From Methylococcales bacterium (GTDB taxonomy: Bacteria; Pseudomonadota; Gammaproteobacteria; Methylococcales; Methylomonadaceae): DNA of 64,000 bases. A program made the position numbers and the translations under genes. Every line of letters starts with the position of its first letter. Position 1 is the first letter of the stretch. The notes under the pieces were generated by a model that was not told the DNA's origin, did not search any database, and saw nothing but the letters and a program-made list of their open reading frames with translations. This document shows, one piece after another, positions 36,425-47,200 of this stretch. The stretch lies in the NCBI GenBank assembly GCA_026398895.1, contig JAPLRZ010000063.1, positions 1 through 64,000 of the forward strand, in the 5' to 3' direction.

Positions 36425-39400
36425 ATGTTACGGAAACTAATTGAAACTTGTGTACATAGACGACTGGCGGTGGTAGCTACGGCAGTAATTGTGGCTATTT
36501 TTGGTACGCACGCTTATTTACTGACTCCCATTGAAGCTTATCCCGATGTTACTAATACACAGGTGACAGTAATCACCTTAATGCCAGGTTACGCGCCTGA
36601 AGAAGTTGAACGACAGGTGACTATTCCTGTGGAACGGGTATTAAATGGTACGCCCGATATGTTGAAAATGCGTAGTCAAAGTTTATATGGCTTGTCGTTA
36701 GTCACGGTGACGTTTGAAGATGGTATTGATAGCTTTCATTCGCGCACTGAAATTTCCCAACGGATAGCGGGGGCTGAATTACCGTCTGGCATTGTGTCTG
36801 TTTTAGCTCCCGATTACACACCACTGGGAGAAATCTACAAATATGTCATTGTCAGTGATCGTCATACTTTATATGACATTCGCTCTGAACAAGAATGGCT
36901 TATCTCGCGGACATTGCGGCAAGTTGCAGGTGTCGCCGATGTCTTGACCTTTGGCGGTTTTTACAAAGAAATTCATATTGAAATTGATCCCGTCAAAGTG
37001 ATGTCTTTTGGTCTGACTCTAGCAGAAGTGGCTAAGACTATCGAAGATTCGAATCGCAATGTCGGTGCTGGTTTTTTATATCACGGCGATCAACAAATGG
37101 TGATACGCAGTATCGGTAATCTGATTGCAACCGAAGATATTAAAAAAATTGTCCTGAAAAACCGCGAAGGCACACCTGTCATGGTCGGTGATGTTGCTCG
37201 TCTAGTGCAATCCTATACTCCACGCCAAGGTGCAGTGGCGTTAGATGATAAGAAAGAAATCGTAGAAGGCATCGCCCTGTTGCGCCGTGGTCAAAATCCA
37301 TCGATGGTTCTCGATGCCCTTCATGCCAAAGTGGAAGATTTAAACAACCGAATTTTACCCAAGGGCATGAAAATTGTGCCATTTTTAGACCGTAGCGACC
37401 TAGTTGGCAGCACTCTACACACGGTATTTGAGAATTTGCTACATGGATTTTTACTGGTCGTCGGCGTGGTTTGGCTATTTTTGCGCACGGTTCGTGGCTC
37501 ACTGATTGTCGCTACCGTGATACCGCTGTCACTGTTGATTGCTTTTTGGGGTTTATTCCATTTGGATATGCCTGCCAATTTAATTTCGATGGGGGCGATT
37601 GATTTTGGCATTATTTTAGATGGCGCGGTGGTATTGATAGAAAACGTGATTCATCAAGCCTCCCATAAACGTCCCAAAACACAACGTGAAATGTTACACC
37701 TCATTGCTGATGCGGCTTTTGATGTTGCCAGACCCGCCTTTTTTGCCATGCTGATTATTATCGCCGCACTGATTCCCGTATTTACTTTACAACGGGTGGA
37801 AGGACGGATATTCGGGCCATTGGCGATGACTTACAGTTTTGCCTTAGTGGGCGGTTTAGTTTGTGCCTTATTTTTAGTCCCCGCGTTGTGCGCTCTATTT
37901 ATTGAACCTAAACACGCACTGATTGAAGAGCCACGTTTTTTGGTACGCTTGCGGACTATTTATGCCAATTTGCTGGGCTATTTATTACAGCAACGAATAG
38001 TGGGTTTGTCTATCGCTGCTATTCTGCTGATAGCGGGTATTGGTGTTGGCAAGCAATTAGGCACTGAATTTTTACCCGAACTGGACGAAGGCGATATTCA
38101 CATTTATGTTGAAATGCCCGCCAGCGTTTCCATTGCGAAAGGACAAGAGCTGTTGTTGGATATGCGCCAACGCTTATTAAAATATCCAGAGGTTAAAGGC
38201 GTACTCAGTCAACAAGGTCGCTCTGAAGATGGAACAGACAACGAGGCTTACAGTACCAGTGAGACTTTTGTGCATCTTACCCATCGTGATGAATGGCCAC
38301 AAGGTTTAACTAAAGAACACATGGAAGATGAAATGCGCGAATCGTTGGCAGAAATTCCAGGGGTACGGTTTAATTTTTCTCAACCCATTAAAGACAATGT
38401 TGAAGAAGCGGTCAGCGGGGTGCGAGGTAAAGTGGTGTTAAAAATCTACGGCACTGATCTTGAAGTGATGCGTAAAGTGTTGGAACAAGCCAAAGCCGCG
38501 CTATCAAAAATGTCAGGGGTTATTGATTTGGATCTTTACCGTCAAGCTCAAGTCCCACAATTACAAATTAATATTGATCGTTCAGAAATAGCGCGTAATG
38601 GGCTGAGTGTTAATACTGTACAAGATACCGTAGAAATTTCTACTGCTGGGCGTGTTATTTCACAACTATGGCAAGGTGAACGCGCTGTTCCGATGCGTTT
38701 GATTTTGCCTGAAAAAGACCGTAACGATATGGAAAAAATAGCCAATATCACGGTAGCAACGGCTACGGGTGCAGTTATTCCATTGCGTGATTTGAGTAGC
38801 ATGAACATTGCTCGTGGACGCGCCTCTATAGACAGAGAAGCCAGCAGTCGTTATATGGCTCTCAAATTCAATATTGAAAATCGTGATTTAGGTTCTGTGG
38901 TTCATGAAGCAATGGACATCGTGGAAAAAAATGTCACTGTGCCTGAAGGAAACTTTTTAGTGTGGGGCGGCGAGTTTGAAAACCAGCAACGGGCAATGGC
39001 TCGTTTATCTATCATGGTGCCTGTCGCTATCGTCATTGTCTTAGGATTGCTTTATACCGCCTTGCAATCAGCGCGGAGTGCGGCAACCATTTTAATCGCC
39101 ACGCCATTTGCAATGACAGGCGGCGTATTTGCTTTATGGTTGACTCATATTCCTGTATCAGTGAGTGCCGCTATTGGTTTTATCGCCTTATTGGGACAAG
39201 TGTGTTTAATGGGCTTGCTGGTTGTCAGTGCCACCGAAGAACTACGCCGTTCGGGTACAGAGTTATTTGCGGCAATTATAGAGGGTGCGAGCCAACGTCT
39301 AAGAGCGGTATTAATGGCATCGTTGCTGGCATTACTGGGCTTGCTACCTATGGCAGTGTCTACAGGTATTGGCAGCGAAACTCAACGCCCGTTTGCGGTG

Positions 39401-39526
39401 GTGATAGTTGGCGGGATGTTGACAACATTTTTTGTCGCCATGTTTATCCTGCCTGTGATTTATACCTTTATTACCTCTAAAACCATGTTGACACCCGAAG
39501 AGCTTGATGAGCTTCCTCTGCCATAA
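36425..39526 (+). CDS. HME-RND heavy-metal efflux pump, CzcA-like (divalent-cation type), system 1
   Basis: 1033 aa with 12 TM helices. TM4 carries the HME signature AIDFGIILDGAVVLIEN (D-x-G-x3-D-x5-E). Conserved blocks: VWGGEFENQQRAMARL; GSETQRPFAVVIVGGM. Confidence 0.85.
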   Translation: MLRKLIETCVHRRLAVVATAVIVAIFGTHAYLLTPIEAYPDVTNTQVTVITLMPGYAPEEVERQVTIPVERVLNGTPDMLKMRSQSLYGLSLVTVTFEDGIDSFHSRTEISQRIAGAELPSGIVSVLAPDYTPLGEIYKYVIVSDRHTLYDIRSEQEWLISRTLRQVAGVADVLTFGGFYKEIHIEIDPVKVMSFGLTLAEVAKTIEDSNRNVGAGFLYHGDQQMVIRSIGNLIATEDIKKIVLKNREGTPVMVGDVARLVQSYTPRQGAVALDDKKEIVEGIALLRRGQNPSMVLDALHAKVEDLNNRILPKGMKIVPFLDRSDLVGSTLHTVFENLLHGFLLVVGVVWLFLRTVRGSLIVATVIPLSLLIAFWGLFHLDMPANLISMGAIDFGIILDGAVVLIENVIHQASHKRPKTQREMLHLIADAAFDVARPAFFAMLIIIAALIPVFTLQRVEGRIFGPLAMTYSFALVGGLVCALFLVPALCALFIEPKHALIEEPRFLVRLRTIYANLLGYLLQQRIVGLSIAAILLIAGIGVGKQLGTEFLPELDEGDIHIYVEMPASVSIAKGQELLLDMRQRLLKYPEVKGVLSQQGRSEDGTDNEAYSTSETFVHLTHRDEWPQGLTKEHMEDEMRESLAEIPGVRFNFSQPIKDNVEEAVSGVRGKVVLKIYGTDLEVMRKVLEQAKAALSKMSGVIDLDLYRQAQVPQLQINIDRSEIARNGLSVNTVQDTVEISTAGRVISQLWQGERAVPMRLILPEKDRNDMEKIANITVATATGAVIPLRDLSSMNIARGRASIDREASSRYMALKFNIENRDLGSVVHEAMDIVEKNVTVPEGNFLVWGGEFENQQRAMARLSIMVPVAIVIVLGLLYTALQSARSAATILIATPFAMTGGVFALWLTHIPVSVSAAIGFIALLGQVCLMGLLVVSATEELRRSGTELFAAIIEGASQRLRAVLMASLLALLGLLPMAVSTGIGSETQRPFAVVIVGGMLTTFFVAMFILPVIYTFITSKTMLTPEELDELPLP

Positions 39527-40839
39527 TGAAAAATACAACTATGAATACTAAAACCGCTATAACCCTGTTGCTATTACTGAGTTGTCCTGATGTGCTTGCT
39601 AAAGACACCAATAAACCGCCAGTCAACACTGAACAGAATGGCGAAAGTTTGCCCAAAGTAGTGACCATTGATGAACTGCTGCGCATCGTGCGGGAAAAAA
39701 GTCCGCGTTATGCTGCTGCACTTAGCAGTATTGAAACGGCACAAGCGGAAGTGACTGCTGCCGATGTACTGCCTAATCCCACGCTTAGCTATGGACGCTA
39801 CCAACAAACCAAAGGCAAAGTTGGCACGCAATTCGATGGTTCCTCACAACAACAATATAACGTCTCTATTCCGCTATTAGTATCAGGACAACACGGAGCG
39901 CGTGTAGACTACGCTGAACGCAAAGTTGAGGTCGCTGAATCGAGTGTTGAAATGGACTACAACCAAATCATTCGAGAAACATGGCGATTATTTGTCCAAT
40001 TATTGGGAGGACAACAACGCATTGTGTTATTAGAAAAATCCCATCAAGAACTACAACAACTTAAATACATCGTCACAGGCAGAGCCGATGCAGGTGCGGC
40101 GAGTCAATATGACGTGCTACGAATGCAGCAAGAAACCCAAGCAATGGCAACACGCCTAGAAAGTGCGCGTACTGATGTTGTCGGCACAACAGGACAACTA
40201 GGGGTTTTATTGGGTTTGCCAAACTGGAAACCCGATGTTTCAGGTGCCTTAACGCCATTAGGCACACCTGCCGATATAAATAAACTGTGGGCGTTAGCAG
40301 AAGAAAATAATCCAGCCATCGAAACCGCTTACCGAGAAAGCATTGCCGCCGATGCCAATATTGAAAAAGCCAAAACCGAACGCTGGCCCATCCCCGCGTT
40401 ACAAGTTGGCACAGCTTATACCGATAAACCTTATGGCTTGACAACTTATGTTGGTGTGGCTGTTGATGTACCGATATTTGATCGTAACCAAGGCGGCATG
40501 GCTCGCGCAGAAGCGGGCAAACACACCGCGATACTTAACCGTGAGCTATTACTCGCTTCGACACATCAAGAATTAGAACGTGCCGTAGAGGTGTTAAAAC
40601 GGCGGCGCGAAACCTTGGCAAATTTTGAAACTCAAGTGCTAAACCCTTTAACCACCATTCGGCAAATGTCCGAAGACTCCTATCGCTTTGGTAAAACCAG
40701 TTTATTAGAACTGCTAGACGCATCCCGTTCTCGCACGGAAATAAAATCGAATTATATTGACTTGTTAATCGGTGAAATTGAAGCAGAATTAGATGCGATG
40801 ATGGTCGCGGGTACATTAGCAGATAAGGCAAAAAAATAA
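39526..40839 (+). CDS. Outer-membrane efflux factor (TolC/CzcC-like), system 1
   Basis: A signal peptide and two-fold repeated coiled-coil/beta structure typical of OMF. Its start overlaps the pump stop (TAATGA). The gene order B-A-C is atypical. Confidence 0.7.
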   Translation: MKNTTMNTKTAITLLLLLSCPDVLAKDTNKPPVNTEQNGESLPKVVTIDELLRIVREKSPRYAAALSSIETAQAEVTAADVLPNPTLSYGRYQQTKGKVGTQFDGSSQQQYNVSIPLLVSGQHGARVDYAERKVEVAESSVEMDYNQIIRETWRLFVQLLGGQQRIVLLEKSHQELQQLKYIVTGRADAGAASQYDVLRMQQETQAMATRLESARTDVVGTTGQLGVLLGLPNWKPDVSGALTPLGTPADINKLWALAEENNPAIETAYRESIAADANIEKAKTERWPIPALQVGTAYTDKPYGLTTYVGVAVDVPIFDRNQGGMARAEAGKHTAILNRELLLASTHQELERAVEVLKRRRETLANFETQVLNPLTTIRQMSEDSYRFGKTSLLELLDASRSRTEIKSNYIDLLIGEIEAELDAMMVAGTLADKAKK

Positions 40840-40850
40840 TCGCTGATGCG

Positions 40851-40874
40851 GAATACAAACCTAGGTTTGTATTC
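40851..40874. promoter_or_regulatory. Perfect 24-bp palindrome GAATACAAACCTAGGTTTGTATTC (copy 2 of 4); candidate operator or mini-REP
   Basis: Exact dyad symmetry. Related copies lie at 29135-29152, 52150-52174 and 54098-54123. Three of the four lie beside HME-RND operons. Confidence 0.5.
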
Positions 40875-40930
40875 CAATCACTCACTGTTTACCACTACTC
40901 TAAAAACTAATTTTGGAGACACCATAAATT

Positions 40931-41671
40931 ATGAATAAAGTTGCCCAAGTAACGATTTACTTTTGGATTATGAAAATTTGTGCGACTACGTTGGGTGAGA
41001 CCGCTGGCGATTTGTTGTCCATGACCATGAATGTCGGCTATGCCATAAGTTCCATTATTTTACTCAGTCTGTTTGTTGCGACGCTGACGATACAATTGGT
41101 TTCCAGCAAATTTCACCCCGTGCTTTACTGGCTGGTGATTCTAACAACCAGTACTGCTGGCACTACGATGTCCGATTACATGGATAGAACACTGGGTTTA
41201 GGTTATGCGAACGGCTCATTGATTTTGGTGACAGGCTTACTAATTGTTCTAGCAATCTGGCATATTAGTGAAAAGACGATTTCAGTTAGCACTATTCAAA
41301 CAGTCAAAGTGGAACTGTTTTATTGGACAGCTATTTTATTTTCAAACACGCTAGGTACAGCCTTAGGTGATTTTTTAGCGGATGATTCTGGATTAGGTTT
41401 TCTGGGTGGTGCGGTTCTTGTTGCTGCGCTTATCGCTGTGGTTACGTTGCTTTATTACACGACTCGATTAAATAGAGTCGCATTGTTTTGGCTTGCATTT
41501 GTACTGACACGCCCATTTGGAGCAACGTTCGGCGACTTACTAACCAAACCGTTAGAAAAAGGTGGTCTAGGGTTCGGAACTATCGGTTCATCAATAATTC
41601 TGGCAATTTTGTTAGCAGGTTTTGTTGTTTATGCCAGCATTCAGGAAAGACGTGCATCTGTAAGAGCGTAA
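40931..41671 (+). CDS. Hypothetical polytopic membrane protein with an internal four-fold repeat (GDLL/GDFL motif helices)
   Basis: Four motif-bearing TM segments: TLGETAGDLLS, TTMSDYMD, TALGDFLADD, ATFGDLLTKP. The membrane protein is about 246 aa. Located between efflux systems 1 and 2. Confidence 0.4.
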   Translation: MNKVAQVTIYFWIMKICATTLGETAGDLLSMTMNVGYAISSIILLSLFVATLTIQLVSSKFHPVLYWLVILTTSTAGTTMSDYMDRTLGLGYANGSLILVTGLLIVLAIWHISEKTISVSTIQTVKVELFYWTAILFSNTLGTALGDFLADDSGLGFLGGAVLVAALIAVVTLLYYTTRLNRVALFWLAFVLTRPFGATFGDLLTKPLEKGGLGFGTIGSSIILAILLAGFVVYASIQERRASVRA

Positions 41672-41767
41672 GCATAGTGTTGTTTATGCGTTAATTAACC
41701 TGAGTTGAATGCAAAACTCATATTTAATCAACCATAAATTTTCGTGATTTTACTTTCTTAATAAGTT

Positions 41768-43054
41768 ATGAAAATATTAATAATCAAGATTTTAATAGGA
41801 CTGTTTTTTGCATTATGGTCGCTGACTCTACGCGCTGAAACAGCAACAACAAAAGAAGGGCATCTTGTCATTACTGAACAAGAAGCTATCGCTTTGTTTT
41901 ATCAACGTAATCTCAGTTTGATTGCTGCGAGTTTCAATATTGAAAACGCACAAGCCGATCAAATTATTGCGAGTGCGATTCCCAATCCTGTATTTAGCTT
42001 TACTTTTTCATCGCTGAGTCCAAAGATGTTTCAGCGAGAATTTAGCGATAGAACAACTTTACCTGCAATATCGCCACAAATTACGCAATTGATTGAAACC
42101 GCTGGCAAACGTCGCTTACGCATAGAAAGTAGTGAATTGGCTGTTGAGGCGGTCAATTTTGATTTGAAAGATACTGTTCGCGTACTGACTAACGCAGTAC
42201 GGCGCAGTTATTATGATTTGCTATTAGCTCAAAAAACCGCCAAGGTTGCCAGCGAAAATTTTGAACGCTATCGTGACATTATAAAAGCAAATTCAATCAG
42301 GCTTAAAGCGGGCGATATTGCCGAGACAGATTTTACTCGTATTGAAATTGAAAGCCTGAAAGCTCAAGGTGACCAAAATCAGGCGCAAACGGCATTAATT
42401 CAGGCGCGTAGCGTGTTATTGCTATTACTGGGTTGGCCAGAAAATAGTCTGGAAATTTCTGCTGTAGAACCTTGGGCAAATGCCAGCCCTGCTATTGCTC
42501 ATGCAGGACAAGAACAGTTATTCAGACAAGCACTGGAGCGACGACCTGATCTGCAAGCAGCACGAATTCGTATTGACCAAGCAAAAAAAATGCTTACCTT
42601 AGCCAATCGCTTGGCGATTCCCGATGTCACTGTCGGGGCTTTTTATCAACGTGATCCAGGTAACTTCTTTGCTGATAGCGGTGGTGTCAGCGTCAGTGTT
42701 CCTTTACCTTTGTTCTATCGGCAGGAAGGGGAAATTTCAAAAGCCCATGTCTCTGTTAATTCGTCAGAATTGGCATTACAACAAACCGAACAAATGGTAC
42801 AAGCCGATGTGATGAAAGCGTTGGTAGCGTGGCAAAGTGCTGATGCAGTTGCTCAACGTTTTGAGACCGCCGCGTTAGAACGTATCGAAAAATTACGCGA
42901 AGCAGAAGAATTCGCCTACAGCAAAGGTGCAATAGGATTATTGGACTTAATTGATGCCGAGCGTAGTTACAAAGCCATGATGTTGGACTATTACACTGCC
43001 TTAGCGAATCGAAGTAAAGCGTGGGCAGATTTATTAATGGCTTATGGAGAATAA
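41768..43054 (+). CDS. Outer-membrane efflux factor (CzcC/TolC-like), system 2
   Basis: A signal peptide and OEP repeats. It is the first gene of a C-B-A-ordered operon. Confidence 0.7.
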   Translation: MKILIIKILIGLFFALWSLTLRAETATTKEGHLVITEQEAIALFYQRNLSLIAASFNIENAQADQIIASAIPNPVFSFTFSSLSPKMFQREFSDRTTLPAISPQITQLIETAGKRRLRIESSELAVEAVNFDLKDTVRVLTNAVRRSYYDLLLAQKTAKVASENFERYRDIIKANSIRLKAGDIAETDFTRIEIESLKAQGDQNQAQTALIQARSVLLLLLGWPENSLEISAVEPWANASPAIAHAGQEQLFRQALERRPDLQAARIRIDQAKKMLTLANRLAIPDVTVGAFYQRDPGNFFADSGGVSVSVPLPLFYRQEGEISKAHVSVNSSELALQQTEQMVQADVMKALVAWQSADAVAQRFETAALERIEKLREAEEFAYSKGAIGLLDLIDAERSYKAMMLDYYTALANRSKAWADLLMAYGE

Positions 43055-44219
43055 GTGTGTGATGACGATAAAATTTTTTAACCCCCTCGGCTTAACGGTG
43101 GCATTACTGTGTTTTTCCCTGCTGGCGTGTCAATCTAAGGATGACACACCAAAACAAGTCGTGAAGGCATTGCCTAAAGACGAAGTGCTACTCGCACCTA
43201 ATTCACCCAAGCGGGCTTATATCAAAGAAGCGATTGTTGAATTAGTGCAACGCCCGCTGATGGATCCTGTGACAGGGACAATCGCTTATGACGAAACGCA
43301 CACCGCCCGCATTTCTTCACCGATTGGAGGACGGGTGACGGGAGCTATCGCCACCTTAGGGGCATCTGTTAAAACAGGAAGTACCCTCGCAGAATTAGAC
43401 AGTCCAGAACTAGGACAAGCCCAAGCCGATTATGCTGATGCTCAAGCGGATTTGAATTTGGCAGTCCGTGCTTCGCAACGTACTCAAGAACTTTATGCTC
43501 ATGGTATTGTGCCGCGCAAAGATCAAGAACAGGCGCAAGATAATCTCATGCGGGCGGGTAGTGAAGCGGAACGGGCAAAGCTTAAATTGGCAAACCTAGG
43601 CATACACACGGAGCGCACCGACAATCACTTTGTGCTTCACGCGCCTATCGCTGGCGTGATTACCGAACGGAATATCAATGTCGGCATGGAAGTACGCTCC
43701 GATACCCCTGCACCATTATTTGTTATTTCTGATTTAAGCAAACTCTGGGTACAAATGGCGGTGTTTGAAAAAGACATCGGTTTAATTCATGTCGGCGAGA
43801 AGGTAATTGTTCGAGTCCCTGCCTATCCTAATGAAAGTTTTACCGCCACAGTGAGTTATATCAGTCAGGTGGTGGACGAAAAAACCCGTACCGTACAGGT
43901 TCGTTGTCTGTTGCCCAATGCGGACGGGCGTTTATTCCCCGCCATGTATGCTGCCATTGATGTGCAAAGTGATCCGAATGATAAGGCGATTATTGTTCCG
44001 CTCACCGCGCTATTTACTGAGGGTGATTCTGATTGGTTATTTGTCGCTATCGGTGATGGGCATTATCAAAAACGTCCCGTCAAGGCGGGGCTGCGTCTTA
44101 AAGATAGATCAATCATTCAGGACGGTTTAAAAGCAGGTGAACGCTTAGTGGTTGATGGTGCATTGCTGTTGCGTACTGAAGAAGACGCTGAACAGGATAC
44201 AGGAGCAACCAAGCCATGA
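43044..44219 (+). CDS. RND efflux periplasmic adaptor (CzcB-like), system 2
   Basis: A lipobox (LLACQS), an HlyD-like hairpin and the barrel block LHAPIAGVITERN. Overlaps the flanking genes. The start may be 43062 (MTIKFF). Confidence 0.75.
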   Translation: MENKCVMTIKFFNPLGLTVALLCFSLLACQSKDDTPKQVVKALPKDEVLLAPNSPKRAYIKEAIVELVQRPLMDPVTGTIAYDETHTARISSPIGGRVTGAIATLGASVKTGSTLAELDSPELGQAQADYADAQADLNLAVRASQRTQELYAHGIVPRKDQEQAQDNLMRAGSEAERAKLKLANLGIHTERTDNHFVLHAPIAGVITERNINVGMEVRSDTPAPLFVISDLSKLWVQMAVFEKDIGLIHVGEKVIVRVPAYPNESFTATVSYISQVVDEKTRTVQVRCLLPNADGRLFPAMYAAIDVQSDPNDKAIIVPLTALFTEGDSDWLFVAIGDGHYQKRPVKAGLRLKDRSIIQDGLKAGERLVVDGALLLRTEEDAEQDTGATKP

Positions 44220-47200
44220 TTAATAAACTTATCTCCTTCTGTTTACAGCAACGCTTATTAGTTATTGGTGCGTCTGCGTTACTGGCAGTTGTAGGCATTA
44301 TCTCGTTTGAACGCTTACCTGTACAAGCGTTTCCTGATGTACAAAATGTGTTTGTGCAGGTGGTCACACAATACTCAGGTCAAGCTCCCGAAGAAGTAGA
44401 AAAGCTGATTAGTTTGCCGATTGAAAAAGAAATGAATGGCTTGCCGCATTTAATCAATATGCGTTCAGTGTCCATTTTTGGCTTGTCTGTAGTCACGCTC
44501 ACCTTTGATGATGATGCTGAAGATTATTTTTCCCGTCAACAAGTGTTGGAACGTTTACAAGAGGTAAATTTACCCGATGGAGTGAGTCCGTCTATCGCAC
44601 CCTTATCCACAGGCGTGGGGGAAATTTATCGGTATCGCATTGAAGCACCTGATTACCCATTGGTAGAACAACGGGCATTGCAAGATTGGGTTATTGAGCG
44701 TACCTTGCGTACGGTTCAGGGCGTAGCAGATGTGGTGGCGTTTGGTGGTGGTGTTAAGCAATATCAGATAGAAGTTGATCCTGACAAATTAAGGGATTAT
44801 AAATTATCACTACCTGATGTTTACCAAGCGATTGCCGCCAATAATGCCAATACAGGCGGCGGTTATATTGAACATGGCTATGAAGCCCTAGTGGTGCGTG
44901 GTGCTGGGCTATTAAAGTCTGCGGATGAAATTGGGGACATCGTAGTATCTAGCCAAAACGGTGTGCCCGTATTCGTCAAAAATATCGCTAATGTGGTGGT
45001 AGGTCCACAACCGCGTAATGGTATCGTTGGCTATAACGAGCGTGACGATGTGGTTGAAGGTATTGTGTTACTGATTAAAGGTCGTGATGCTATCGAAGTG
45101 TTGCAAGGAGTGAAAGAAAAAATTACTGACCTGAATAGCCACATTTTGCCGCTGGGGGTCAAAATGATTCCTATCTATGACCGCACCGATTTAGTAGAAC
45201 ACACGGTACACACCGTTGGACATAATATGTTGGAAGGCGCGGCATTAATTTTGGCCATTCTAATTATTTTCTTACGGCGGGTGTGGGCTTCAGCGGTGGT
45301 AATTGCGGTGATTCCGCTGTCACTGATGTTTGCGTTCATTTTGATTGATATGAAGCACGTTTCCGCTAACCTGATTTCTTTGGGTGCAATTGACTTTGGA
45401 ATTATTGTAGACAGTGCGGTAGTGCTAGTCGAAGCCATTATGGTCAGAGTCACCTTGGAAATGGCACAAAAAGCCACCGTGGCACACATGAGACAATCCA
45501 TGTTGATGACGGCAGTGGACATGGCAAGACCGATTTTATTTTCTAAAGCCATTATCATCATTGCCTTTTTGCCTATTTTCACATTTCAAAGAGTTGAAGC
45601 AAAAATATTTTCCCCGATGGCATTCACCCTCAGTTTCGCATTATTGGGTTCATTGATTATCAGCTTAACCTTAGTACCCGTGTTACTGAGTTATCTGATT
45701 GGTCCACGCCTAACTGAATCGCATAATCCATTGGTAAACGGGATGGAGCGCATCTATCTCGCCATATTGGAAGCGGTATTACGCCACCCTAAAAAATTAT
45801 TCACTGGCGCGGTGTTGACCTTAATATTATCACTGGCTTCCACGCCCTTGATAGGCACTGAATTTATGCCTAAATTAGATGAAGGTAATATTTGGTTGAC
45901 CATTACGTTACCCACCCCCGTGTCACTGGCGAAAGCTAAAGTGCTAGAACAAGATATACGCGGACATTTGAGTAAGTTTAGCGAAACCAAGTCGATACTC
46001 ACCCAATTGGGGCGACCCGAAGACGGAACAGATCCTAAAGGCTTCAATAATCTGGAAATCCTTATTGATCTTGATCCTAAGGATACTTGGAATAAAAAAT
46101 ATCATGAAGATAAAGATAAATTAGTCGAAGATATGCAAAAAAGTTTGGCAGTATTTCCTGGCTTGCAATTCAATTTTTCTCAAGTGATACAAGACAACGT
46201 AGAAGAAGCAATTTCTGGGGTTAAAGGCGAGATTGCCATCAAAATTTTTGGTGAAGACCTTAAAATCCTGCAAGAAAAAGCCAATCAAATTACCAGTATT
46301 CTCCGTTCTATAGAAGGCTCTACCGATGTGGCTGCCGAACAGCAATCAGGTTTGGCACAAATGGTTATTGCGATTGATAGAGCCAAAATTGCCCGTTACG
46401 GCATTAATGTCAATGATGTGGAAGATGTTATCGCAATGGCAGTGGGCGGCAAAACCGCTACCCAAATGTTGGAAGGTGAACGTCGGTTCGATATTACCGT
46501 GCGCCTTACGGGTGCAGCTCGCGACTCAGTAGGCGCGATTGAAGATATTACCGTATTGTCACTCGATGGTAGTCGCATTCCATTAGCTGAATTAGCGGAT
46601 ATTAAAATCAACCAAGGCGCGTCGCGCATCAGCCGTGAAAATAATATACGGCGTATTGCCATCAAATGTAATTTAATTGACCGCGATCAAGGCAGTTTTG
46701 TTGCTGAAGCACAGCAAAAAGTCGGCGAACAAGTGGTTTTGCAACCAGGGTATCGTATTGTTTGGAGTGGTCAATTTGAAAATCAACAACGGGCAATGAA
46801 ACGACTTTCATTTATCGTCCCAGTCAGTTTGGTGCTTATTTTCGTGCTGTTGTTCTGGGCATTTCAATCACTCAAGAGTGCTTCATTGATTGTCATGAAT
46901 GTGCCTTTTGCGATGATCGGTGGCTTGGTGGCATTATTGCTGACAGGCATACATTTAAGTGTGTCGGCAGCGGTTGGCTTTATTGCCCTATTCGGTATCG
47001 CAGTACAGAACGGCGTTATTTTGTTATCACAAATTAATCATCTTAGGCGTGAAGGTATTTCGTTGGAAGAGGCTATCTTGCAAGGCTCGGTTAGTCGCTT
47101 ACGCCCTGTAGTCATGACTGCACTCATGGCAATTTTAGGCTTAATGCCCGCCGCATTGTCTACTAGCGTAGGTTCAGAAACCGCAAAACCCTTTGCTGTG

